Of a stretch of DNA of 64,000 bases, positions 12,108-23,639 are shown piece by piece. A program made the position numbers and the translations under genes. Origin of the DNA: Cycas panzhihuaensis (Eukaryota; Plantae; Cycadophyta); assembly GCA_023213395.1 (NCBI GenBank), contig CM041465.1:122457741-122521740 (forward strand), written 5' to 3'. Every line of letters begins with the position of its first letter. Within the stretch, counting starts at the first letter, position 1. Below the pieces are notes generated by a model. It was not told the origin of the DNA. It did not search any database and worked only from the letters and a program-made list of their open reading frames with translations.

Positions 12108-14970
12108 TAAAGATAGTTGTAGAATGGTTTGAGGAGTATTGATGTTAGCAAGAGGGGTCCAATTTAAAATACTATACGAGTTTGATGTGAACACAGTGTG
12201 TGTTGGCAGTTGCAATCTAGTTATTACAGAAAGTAGCAATAATACATGTGAGACCCAAGTGTCACTTGTTGTTAAAACTATGATGTGGCGTTAGAGATTG
12301 GGCTATATTAGAGAGAAAGGTCTCTATAATTTATTCTCCAAAGGTATGGTAGAAGACATCTATGGAGTTAATGGCTCTTTAGATTTTGATTTCTATGAGC
12401 ATTGTGTGTATAGCAAATAAAATTAGGTTAGTTTTGCTTCAAGCTCAAAGAGAGTAAAGGATATTTTGTAATTAGTACACAGTGATGTTTTCAGACCTAT
12501 TAATATACCCTCATTCGGTGGGTCTAAATACTTTGTCTCATTTATAGATGATTTCTTGAGGAAGATATGGATATACTTTCTCAAGCAAAAATTTAAGGTC
12601 TTTAGTAAATTCAAAAAATTTAAGGCCTTGGTCAAGAATGAGAGTGACAAGAGGATTAAGGTATTGAGGACTAATAATAAAGGTGAGTTTTTCTCAAAAG
12701 AGTTTGAGTCATTTTATAAGAAATATGGGGTAGTAAGGCAGAAGACAATTCCCTATATACCACAACAGAATGGAGTTGTTGAAGGATGAATAGGACCTTA
12801 CTACATAAATCAATGAGTATGTTAAGTATTACTAGTTTAGAGAAGAAATTATAGGTAAAGGCTATGATGACTACAAGCTACTTAATAAACGCATCACTAA
12901 CAACTACCTTAGTATACAAAATACCTAAAAAAGTGTAGTCTGATAAGAAACCATCTCTTAGTCACCTTAGAGTTTTTGGTTATAAAGCTTTTATGTATAT
13001 TTCTAGACTACAGAGGACTAAGCTTGATTTCAAAGCATAAAAGACTATTTTCATTGGCTATAATAAGGGTCTTAAAGAGTATAAGCTTTATAACCTTGAA
13101 ACATAAAAAATTGTATATAGTCATAATGTTGTCTTTAGAGAGAAGTTCAAGTCTCTAAAGTAGGATGAAGAACCAAAGGAAAAAGACTCTAAAAATATAT
13201 AATTTGAGGTAAGGGATGAAGATTCTACATTAGAATATGAGTCAGTTAAAGAGGAAGGACCAATTATAGAGGTAGCTCAATCTCAAAAACCCTAATCTTG
13301 AGGAGATTAACTTATGAGAGAAGATAGTCTAACAAGTATATTATTAAAGACTTTTATCACTCCTCTTTTATTTTATCTACTATAGATGATGATCTAGATA
13401 CTATTTTAGAGGCTCTAAAGTCAAAAGAGAGACAACTCTGGATGAATTCCATGGAAGAAGAAATAATGACCTTAGACAATAATAACGCATAAAATTTGGT
13501 AGATTTATCTGATGGTAGAAACCCTACTGATAATAAATGGATCTTCACAAACAATTTTTAGGAAGATGATACTATGGAAAAGTACAAGGCTCACTTGGTA
13601 GCAAAGTGTTATTCTTAAGTAAAGGGAATAGGTTTTGGTAAGGTATTTTCTCCTAATGCAAAAGTAGATTCAATTAGATTCTTATTGGTTATAATAGTTT
13701 CCTATGACCTTGAGGTGGATCAAATGGATATGAAGATTGCATTTCTTCATGGTAACCTTAAGGAAGAAATTTATATATTACAGCTTGAAGGGTTTGAAGT
13801 TACAGGGAAGGAGAATATAGTGTGTAGGTTGACAAAGTCATTATATGGTTTGAAACAATCACTGAGGATGTGGTATCAAAAGTTCAATTCATATATATTG
13901 GCAGATGGCTTTGTGCACAACAAAGAAGATCATTATGTCTTTTATAAATAGGTTGGTAATTACTTTGTTATTCTGGCTTTATATACTAATGATATACTTT
14001 TAGTTAGTAACAATAAAGAAATGAAACAACTTGTAAAAGGCCAACTGGCATCTCATTTTGAGATGAAGGAATTTAGTGCTACGTATTTTATTTTAGGTAT
14101 TGAGATTAAAAAGGATAGAAGAAATAGGAAGATTTAGCTTAGCCAAAGGTAGTACATTGAGATAATACGATAATGGTTTAGGTTGTAGGATAGGAAACTA
14201 GTTAATGTTCCTCCTCCCATTGGTTCAAAATTATTAATTGAACAATACCTAAAGACTCACAAAGAAGTTGAAGACATGGCGTTTGTCCCTTATGCTAGTG
14301 CTATTAGTAGCCTGATATATGTGATGGTTTATTCTCAACCAAACATTGTCCATGTGGTGTGAGTAATTAGCATGTATATATCAAACTCAAGCAAGTAGCA
14401 TTAAGTGGTTGTGGAAAGGATTTTCAAGTATCTATGAGGTATACCAGACTATGGAATTTACTACCAAGGAGATCCCATAGAGAGTAGAATAGCAAACTTG
14501 AGAGGATTTATTGATGTTTATTAGGCTAGAGGTTTTGATAACAAAAGATCTACAAGTAGGCATATTTTTACCTTTTGTGGTGGTGCAGTCAACTGGATGA
14601 GTAAAAGACAGTAAATTGTGGTATTTTCTAGCATAGAAGTAGAGTATATGGTAGGTACTCATGCGTATAAGGAAGTAGTTTAGCTATAGAGATTATGCAC
14701 AAATGTTGGCTTTAAGTAGGATGCTGTGAGGATAGATTGCGATAGTCAAAGTGTAATCTACCTAACAAAGAACCCTATATTTCATACTTGATTGAAGCAT
14801 ATTGATATGCAATTCCATTTCGTGAGAGAAATTGTTCAAAATCATAAGGTAGACTTATAGAATATTACTACACAAGAGTATGCTATAGATTCATTGACCG
14901 AGATTGTTAGCATAGAAAATTTTAAATGGTATAGAAAGGCAATAGGTGTTTGTAATTTTGGCATTAAGTA
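12108..14970 (+). pseudogene. Disrupted pol (INT-RT-RH), copia-B copy 2
   Basis: Colinear with ~9034..11890: IKVLRTNNKGEF, PQQNGVVE, QMDMKIAFLHGNLKEEIY, KSLYGLKQS. Confidence 0.92.
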
Positions 14971-15015
14971 GTTATGTATGTGGGTTTCTTGTAAAGTGTT
15001 CAATAAGTGGGAGAT

Positions 15016-15512
15016 TATTGGATATGTTGAACACTTTCTAAGTGTTACATGGGTATAGGTGTTATACTTGTGCCCTTTGGTGGGGTGCAAGGGACCGTTG
15101 TTAGGCCCTAGGTTGGGGGGTCTTAGGGGATAACAACCCCCTAGGCAAGGGTTCAAGGGTGGGAGCCCTCGAAAAAAAAAATTAGATGTTTTGTGGGGGT
15201 CTTTGTCAGCCCATGGTTTATGCACTTTGTATTATAAAATCACAAGGCAGTATCTAGTAAAGTTGTATCTATATATTCTTATGTAACGACACTTGTAAAA
15301 ATGTTGGATGAGTCTTTGATGAGTCGATGAGAAGAGCTGGGGCTTTGATCTTTGTAATTCTCTAGTTATTACTCAAATTAATAAAAGGTATATGATTAGA
15401 CTTTAATCTCCTAGCGTTCTTTATTGTGTACTTAGTTTATTTATGTTATTTGTTCTTTGCATGGTTTAGAGTTCTATTAATGCATTGCTTCTACGATTAT
15501 ATTTTTTCTTCA
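15016..15512 (+). repeat. 3' LTR of copia-B
   Basis: Follows PPT 15005..15015; ends ttcttca like 7830. Confidence 0.9.
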
Positions 15513-18360
15513 AAAGCATGGAGGATTTAATGAATGAATAAATGGATAAAGTCTTATAAGACAATAATATGATATTTCGAGATCTTCCCTTGACACTCCC
15601 ACTAAATAATAGAATGGAATATAATATCAAGATCCCACTCAACTAACCCCCAATTATAGAAAATCCACATTAATATAGCCATAAACAAAAATAAAAGATA
15701 GAAATCCTTGTACAATATCTATTAGAAATAGGAGTCATCAGGGAAAGCAAAATCCCATACACAACACTAGTAGTGCTAGATAAGGAAAAAGATAGATTCA
15801 TATGATTATATATAGACTATAAGGTTTTAAACAAAATAACAGTTAAAGATAAGTTCTTAATACCTAAAATAAATGATATATTAGATAAGTTATATAGAGG
15901 TTAGTTCTTCTCCAACCTAAATTACATTCAAGATACTATCAAATCCTAATTAAATTTGAATATCAACATAAAACAACCTTCCAAATGCATTAAGGACACT
16001 ATGAATTTAAGGTTATATAATTTAGATTGGCCAATATATTATTAACCTACCAAGCCATAATGAATAAAGTGTTTTCAACCATTCTTATATAATTTTCTTT
16101 ATTATTCTTAGATAATATTTTTGTCTACTCTAGGTTATAGAGTTCACATTTAAGGCGTGTTAGCATTGTGCTAACCACCTTGAAGTAGAATTAATTTCTT
16201 ACAAAATAATTCAAATATTCATTTAGCAGATAAGATCTAGAATACATAAGTCACATCATAATAGTATAAGGAGTGAGAGTCAACAACTCTAAAATCCAAA
16301 TCATATTCTAGTAGACAACCCCTAGAAACATCTCTAAGCTTAGAGGATTCTTAAGGCTAATAGGGTTTTATAGATGCTTCTTCAAGAACTATGTAAGCAT
16401 AGAAACTCCTTTGATAAAATTGTTAAAGAAAAATGCATTCACATAGGATCCATAAGAAGAAAAAGTATTTAAAGCACTTAAATAGATGATGGCATCAACT
16501 TTGGTACTAGTGACTCCATTCCTTAATGAACCATTTATGCTTGAGTGTGATATGTAACATACAAGTATTGTTTCATTTCTAATATAAAATGAATGCCTAA
16601 TAACATTTAGAAGTAGGAGTATAAATAATAGAGAAAGATTATTACCTACTTATAACAAAGAAAAACTACTGATAATGTATGACTAGGAGAAGTTCTAGTA
16701 ATATTTGCTAGACAATAAATTCATAGCCAAAACATACCACAATGGCTTTAAATAATTTCTATCAACCTAACCTATCTAAAGAATAACGAAAATGGATCAA
16801 TAAAATCCAAGCATTCAACTTTAAGACCATATGCAAAAGAGACATAAAAAAATATAGTGGTAGATGCCCTATCTAGGAAACATAATGAAGCATAATTATT
16901 AGCCATAACCATCATTAAGGTTAGTTAGATAACGGGAATTTAAAAAGCAATATTAGGACAACCCAAAATCTATATCTATTATTGCCAAAATTTAAATAGA
17001 AACACAAAACCCAAATTGGGAATACGTAAATGAAATTATCTTCTATAAGAAACGTGTTTTCATGCCATAAGGAGCCCCCTTTCTAAATAAAATATTACAA
17101 TAATTTCATCATGCCCAAACTACAAGATATATAAGCATAACAAATATATGTACTGATATTAGAAATACCTTTTGCTAGCAAAGAATGGAATAAGCAATAG
17201 AAACATATATAGTGGAATGTATTGTATCTGAGTGTTAGCAAGTTGAAACCATATCCATACCAAGCTTATTACATCCACTTCCCATACTTAATCAAAAGTA
17301 GGAACATCTATAGATTTCATCTTAGGACTGCCACTATTAGATGGAAAGATGTTGTATTTTTTGTAGTCAATAGGTTGACCAAATACCTCTATTTTATGCC
17401 AACTAAATCAATGGACAAAGCCCCCTAGATCATATAACTATTTGTGAAAGAGGTCTATTACTTCCATGGGATTCCCTAAAGAATGCTTTATGATAGGGAC
17501 CCCAAATTCACAAGTTATTTTTGGCAATAATTCTTCTAAATAATATGCATAATAATTAACATGAGTATGCATACTACCTATAAAACAAATAGAAATAGTA
17601 AATAGGAGTCTTGAAGGATACTTAAGGAATTACACAAATGATAAAAAAGAAATGGATCAATTAGCTCCACTTTACTAAATTTTGGTACATCACTACATAT
17701 CATTCATCAATAAAAATGATACCATTTGTAGCATTATATGGGTACCCACCCCTTTCAGTAAAAGAATTTTTAACTATGCACTCCAAAGTCCATGTAGCAA
17801 AAACTACTCTTCAAGAAACTTAAGATGTAATTAGAACCTAAAAGATCATCTGACCATTACAGGGAATCAAATGAAGTAACAAGTTAATAAGCACAAAATA
17901 GAAAGAACATTTGTGGAAGTAAAAATGGTGTTTGTTTGCTTATAACCATGTAAGCAATTATCATTAAAAAAATAGAATAAAATAAAAACAAGATCCGTAA
18001 TTTTATGGCCCATTCAAAACTAGAAGAAAAGCAAGTAATAGCACATGCTATAGATCTATCCAATAAAGGTCAAATACACCTTATATTCCATGTATTATAC
18101 TTTAAAAAGAAGTTGGGTAACATGATAACACACCAAACTAAACTTCTAATCTTGGACAAGGAAGATGGATTAATTATAGAGCATGAAGGAATTTTAGAAC
18201 CCAAGGAAATATAACTCTAATAAAATGTAATAAGAGGATATCTAATTAAATGGAAATTCTTGCCTATAGAAAACTAAAATTAGGAAGTAAAAAAATTCCT
18301 CCAATATCATTCAGACCTACCAAAGCTTTGTGGGGAAGTCTCTTTAAGAGAGGAGGACAT
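15513..18360 (+). mobile_element. Ty3/gypsy chromovirus-type pol relic (RT-RH-INT-chromodomain), gypsy-A
   Basis: Degenerate LLEIGVIRESKIPY, YIDYKVLNK, FLDNIFVYS, LRGFLRLIGFYR, VVDALSR, VVNRLTKY, DRDPKF, FYGPF, HLIFHVLYFKK, YLIKWK; purine tract 18346..18357. Confidence 0.9.
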
Positions 18361-18929
18361 ACTGCACCACGGGCAAGATGAAGCTAGCCTAGCCAATCCT
18401 AGGAGAAGAAGACTATTTAAGGACCCCTAGAACAATAATAAAGACATTATTATTTACCTTTTAGAATTTGGTCCTATGGGAATTATCACAAATATTTAAA
18501 TGACACTAAGCATATGCATAAGGAGAATTTATATGCTTAATTTATATATAATGAATGTATAAAGTTGCCATCGCTTTATAACTATGAGATGAGGAAGTTC
18601 GTTAACAAAAAATACTAGATAAGATAAATAATCAAGTTTCTCACTTATAAAAAATATGCAATAAACTGACCATTTTACAATGAATATGTATGAGATTTAT
18701 TTTAATGCTCTTACTTATTATACTTTGTGCAAAATGATAAACTTGAAAGAAAAAATTAAAAATTATTATAAAAAACATTAGAAAAATTAAGATATTTGAT
18801 CTATTTTTGTTTATAAGAGTATATAAAAAGAGCTAACTTTATATATTAAATCAAAATCAGAGATTAGTCAAACACTAGCTAATATGATCTATGATACCAA
18901 CCAATGTGAATTAGATGTCAAATTGGTTA

Positions 18930-20530
18930 AAATTGTATGATCTTTGCTTTAAATTTAGTGTTAATTAATAGAAAAATATTGTAGAAGTACCACAAAATCA
19001 AGAAACACAAGTGAAAAACATCTTTAAAGGATCAATTTTTAAGTTATAATTTGCTAAAATCTAATCATCAAACTCTTTATAACTATTCTTAGGTCAATTC
19101 TTAAGATGTTAGAATTGTTGATATTAAAAATATGGGTTAAAAAGTTTATTTTTATAGTACCACTTACCTTGAAAATCAGGGTAATTAATATACCTTGCAA
19201 AAATAACTATGCATCGCTCGAAGCTATAAATTTTTAATAGATGTTACAAGGTTCAAAGACTTTCCTAAAAGTCCTTCAACCTATAAAATATTAGAAATTT
19301 GATAGAAAATAGAAGCCAATTTGAAGAACCTTTGTGCAAATGCATAAAGCATGAAACTTGAGACTTGCAAAGTAATTTCTTGACTTGTAAGTATGACTGT
19401 CTATAAAAGAAATATGCAAATAAAAATAAATGATATTAATGTAGATATTTATGCCTTTGTAATTTATTAAAATGAAGATAATAAGCCCTAATTCTATATA
19501 ACCTTGCAATAAAGATTTAATCTTTTTTAATGCAAATAACCCAAAAAGTTAAAAGAATCTTGAAGAGGAGTAAATTCATTAATCTTAATTGTCTTTATAT
19601 ATCAATAGCTTTTAGAATGATATCCAAGACCAAGAAACATGGAGGAAATATTTAGCATCTAGGATCAAAATCATTTAATTGTCAACAATGTTGAATAATA
19701 AAAGGAGATCAAGCCTTCTAATCATGCAATTAACTCATACATGTCGTGCATACTACTCTAAAGGTAGAATATTTTCTTATCAAGAATGAATCATCATAAA
19801 GTAAATGTTTGACTAAGGATCTAAGTACTCATTCTTATACCCAAATTACAAGACACCCAATATCTCTCAAACACAAAATGTTCATCAAGTACACTCCATC
19901 ACATATTTATAGAAATGAGTGCAAAAAACACTTGGACAAAAATGGTTAAAGTGGAAGAATAGGTTTAAGAAAAATTTTAGAAGTAGAACATGCCAAGTGG
20001 CACCCATGTGCCCAAGTAAAATATAGGTATATCATCCATGTCCTTGCATGTGCCATCCTCATATCTCATATGGAGATGAGGAAGCCAAGTGAATAGGACC
20101 ATAAAGCCCGCGTATCTATGTATGCGATTTACATACTTCATGTGATGGAAAATAAGTTAAGTAGGTTAAGAGTGTGATTTCCTTATACCACCTAGTTATG
20201 CCAAGTTATCCATGCAAATTATAGGTGTGCCCCATCTTATGCAAGTTACAAATGTGTACATGTAAGTTGCAATTATGCATATGTTATTTCATCTTTTAAT
20301 GCAAGTGTTAGGTTGTACCTCATATTTTAATTAACTACTATTACTATGTCCATATCTAAATATGCACTCCTAAAATGCTAGAAGCCATCTCTATTGATGA
20401 GAACTAATCAATAATGAACTAATATTATATGCTTATCATAGGCCATGGTCCTCTAACATTGTCCAAAACTTATGCACTTGTCCCACAATACTATGCTAAT
20501 ACTATTACACTAAATGTATACTCTAACATA
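18930..20530 (-). repeat. ~1.6-kb dispersed repeat, copy 1 (LTR-like); boundaries approximate
   Basis: Colinear with ~25260..26915 (taaaatattagaaattt, aaaggtaga, gcatgtgccat.ctcata, attgatgagaactaa). Minus-strand CTATAAATA at 19904..19912. Confidence 0.75.
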
Positions 20531-21273
20531 AAGCCCTTACTAAAGAACAATCTAGCATTAGACCCTTAAATGAAGAGGAAACATAAATGTATTTGTTGTA
20601 TTAAAAAGTTTTTAAAAAATATACAAAGTCTATTATTACACATTTTGTTTTGAAGATCTCTTTTGGAGGTTACGACCCCTTTTGAGCAGATAAACGTATG
20701 AAAACCTTCGAAAAATTTTAAGATCTGTATGTTATATTGCGCATAAGACGATTATTGGGCTCACGAGAGCAGGGAGTGAAGTACGAGTATCCTTATATCA
20801 TAATAATAATTGGAGTAAAACAAAAAAAAAACCACCGCCTATGGAATTCATAGATCTCGCCCCTGTTTGGGGGCGAAATTGCGAGTGAAAGAATTGACTC
20901 CAGATAGGCCATGGATTGCTCCCAATTTGACAAAAGATCGGTATAATTCATAAAAAACAAAAGCTCCAATGTTAACCAAGCTGGGAAACTTCATCAGATC
21001 AATAAATCCCAGGCCATAGAACTTTCCTGCCGAGCAACGTAGCCTGAGTGAATACACATAAGAAAACAAAGCAATGGACTTAATTTCATGATTCAAATTT
21101 TGCGAACATCACAACCGATCCAACCGCTATACGATCCATTTTTTAAACATTTTGACTGTGCAGCATTCTACATCTTAACAATCAGCTCAGCAACAAGAAA
21201 TTTCGAATAAACAAACAGTCTTCTATTGTATTCTATTCTTCTGCACTGTACAATCAACACACTGTAACTCATA

Positions 21274-21624
21274 TTACGAAGATCGCCCTCTCTTTTGCCC
21301 CGCACAAAGAGCCAACTGTGCAGATTTGTTGGAGGACGGTTCCGCAGAGGCCGAGCCGATAACGTTCCCAAAAGTTGTGGAGAGGGTAGCGTAGAGATGG
21401 ACCACTTTGGCGATATTGTCGTTGAGTTGCCTTATAAGCTTCACATTTCTGGTTAGGCATTCGGGCACCTTGGACTCGTGGTTCGCATTTATCTCAGTTA
21501 TCAGCAGACGATTGGTTTCCAGAATGCTCTGAACTTGACTGAATCTTTGCTGCAGACTCTGCCATACCGCATTACCACCGTCTTTTGGATCCTTAAAAGG
21601 AAGTGGCATTGCCAACATTTCCAT
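21274..21624 (-). CDS. ELF4-like: EARLY FLOWERING 4-like protein (DUF1313), 116 aa, CDS without introns
   Basis: FSQVQSILETNRLLITEINANHESKVPECLTRNVKLIRQLNDNIAKVVHLYATLS matches the ELF4 family core (QVQxILDQNRLLINEINQNHESKxPDNLxRNVxLIRELNxNI). C-terminal GQKRGRS resembles EFL-type members. ATG at 21624 in context aattATGG gives a family-typical length. Confidence 0.93.
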   Translation of the reverse strand: MEMLAMPLPFKDPKDGGNAVWQSLQQRFSQVQSILETNRLLITEINANHESKVPECLTRNVKLIRQLNDNIAKVVHLYATLSTTFGNVIGSASAEPSSNKSAQLALCAGQKRGRSS

Positions 21625-21761
21625 AATTGCCCTCCACAAGTGTCTCCCAAGGAAGGAAGGACAGGAATCACAAAAGGTCTCCGAAGGTTTTGAAGGCAAC
21701 CGGACGGCAGGCAGAAAGTTGCAGAGCGGGCCGGGGGGCGGCCGGGACCGGTTCTGGGGCC

Positions 21762-21794
21762 ACCTGCCACCGACCAGGGAAGAAAAGGCATCAG
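21762..21794 (-). promoter_or_regulatory. Candidate 3' splice site of a 5'-UTR intron
   Basis: Minus strand: CTGAT (branch consensus CTRAY), pyrimidine tract ccttttcttccct, then GCAG|GT with AG at 21765..21764. Confidence 0.55.
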
Positions 21795-22009
21795 AAAACG
21801 AAATGAACGAATCCATAGACGTATGGAGTCGGGAGAAAAAGTGCAGGGTATGACGTATTTGGAGATAATACGGATCTTCAAGGCCCACTGCGCTTTTGGC
21901 ACGGATTACAGAATCTGATGCACGAACGCAGCAGAGCACAGACGGGACTCTGGATTTTGGATTGGGTTGTGGGGCCCTTGCGTCTGTGTCGGCCACGATG
22001 CGTTCTGCT

Positions 22010-22095
22010 GGCAGCCACAATATCGTTGTGCTCCATTGAATATTATTGATTGGATGATTAATGGGTTGAGCTAACTGTTTATCCTCATTGGTTCG
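22010..22095 (-). promoter_or_regulatory. Possible proximal promoter of the ELF4-like gene
   Basis: Two CCAAT boxes on the minus strand (~22048-22052 and ~22087-22091) and a CGATATTGT element loosely similar to an evening element; no clear TATA box. Confidence 0.3.
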
Positions 22096-22208
22096 TTCTA
22101 CTTGTTTGTTTGTTTATCAGTTCAATTCCCAGTAGTAGCATCGCGACGAACTCCTTAACCTTCATTTGGTTGTCTTCAACTTTATGATGGAGAGCTTTTG
22201 GCACTCTC

Positions 22209-22494
22209 ATTAAGAGCGCGGTTCTATGTAGCAAATCATGATTAAGGATTAAGAGCGCGGTTCTATGTAGCAAATCATGATTAAGGATTAAGAGCGCGGT
22301 TCTATGTAGGGGGTTGGGCTCGGATTTTTTGGCCCAATCTATCCATGCAGTACATGACAATCCGTCATGATTAAGGATTAAGAGCGCGGTTCTATGTAGC
22401 AAATCATGATTAAGGATTAAGAGCGCGGTTCTATGTAGGGGGTTGGGCTCGGATTTTTTGGCCCAATCTATCCATGCAGTACATGACAATCCGT
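22209..22494. repeat. Perfect nested tandem repeat (39-bp unit inside a 129-bp duplication)
   Basis: attaagagcgcggttctatgtag starts at 22209, 22248, 22287, 22377 and 22416. Block ggggttgggctc...acaatccgt occurs twice, 129 bp apart. Confidence 0.97.
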
Positions 22495-23639
22495 TGACAG
22501 GAGAAGAGCAAATCTTCTTTAGAATTTTCAGAATAGAATCGCTCAACTCTGTCATTTTTCAGCGACATAAAAATTGTAACCCACTCAAACAACCAACCGT
22601 TGGAAGAGGTGGTGGCATCTAATTGGTGCTGATTTATTCCACCAAAAATTAATTCTCCCTCTTCATGTCAGATTTTTTTTGTTTTTAATTTTTCTGCCTT
22701 CATTCTCCAATCCGGAAGACGAACTGGTTTGGGAAATCGGAAAATCCCATGGGACCCATTTTTTTCCGATCCACTCCAGAAAAACCAGAGCGCAACTGCT
22801 TCGGATTTTCCAGAAACCCCCCCGCATGGGACCGCAACCTGAGGCTAGTTAGGAATCCTTCAACAAAAGGACTAGTGTGCTTGTCCATCAATGACAAAGG
22901 ACATTGAAATCATCATATAGCACTGATAGGTGGAGCAGGGTGTTTCTATTTCAATATTTTCAATATCGAAAGTTAGAGATGGACATTTTTATAAAGAATC
23001 TTGGCTAGCCTTAAATAAAAATTTATTGAAAACACTTATGATAACAAGAAAGGTTGATTGTCAAATTTCAAATCTCATAAGATATAAGGGCACAATGCTT
23101 TCTTATCTTGGAATCCATTTTCATCCTTGTCATAATATGCAATAATTATTTATGCTGGTTCTTGTGGGTTGTATTGCTTAGAATTAAAAATTCCCAGTGT
23201 TCATAGTGGGTTGGCAACGAGTTCGGCACAATTGTCAAATACTTTTCTTTAATGGAATAGACGCCCTTATTTGAGGTTTCTCAAGTTGGAAAAACATTTT
23301 CTACTTTCGTTTAGAAAATAAAAGGAATCTATATAGGTTAATGAAAGCTATTTCAACATGCATTCACTTCTTCTTTTTTGGTTTTTCCACATACTTGATA
23401 AACACAAAGATTCAAAGGGGATTTAGACCTTATTCAATGTCATTAGGTATATTTCATTATGGCAATGTGACCCATGTGGGGTCATGTGAGCATCATCTTA
23501 TAACCAAATGCTTCATTGATTTGCTTGACACTAACATGGCTAGCATTCTCCCCCTTTCATTTTCTCCATAATCCCAAGCCCCACTCAGTCAATGCTATCT
23601 CTCTAACTACATTTCCAATTGATCCTATGAAATTCAATG

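Larger units (their letters stand above)
7398..15512 (+). mobile_element. Ty1/copia (Tnt1/Tork-like) element copia-B with a ~3.08-kb duplicated pol segment and three LTR pieces
   Basis: 5' LTR remnant 7398..7830; PBS tggtatcaaagc 7833..7844; gag from ATG 7918 (IEKFNG.KFELWKLKMEDIL). PPT aagtgggagat at 11925 and 15005. Partial LTR 11936..~12103; full LTR 15016..15512. Confidence 0.93.
20650..22900. other. CpG-retaining, GC-richer island around the ELF4-like gene
   Basis: CG dinucleotides are abundant here and scarce in the flanking repeats (by eye). Confidence 0.8.

Noticed and set aside
14842-15225. 127-aa ORF and its paralogue 11762..12052
   Set aside because: Antisense to the copia-B RH end and LTR; the similarity comes from the duplication.
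21274-22020. Full 248-aa ORF as the ELF4-like protein
   Set aside because: It starts at TTG, the first 132 codons show no family similarity, and a splice acceptor lies within. ATG 21624 gives the typical size.
22209-22494. CRISPR-like array
   Set aside because: The intervening sequences are identical copies rather than unique spacers; eukaryotic context and no cas genes.
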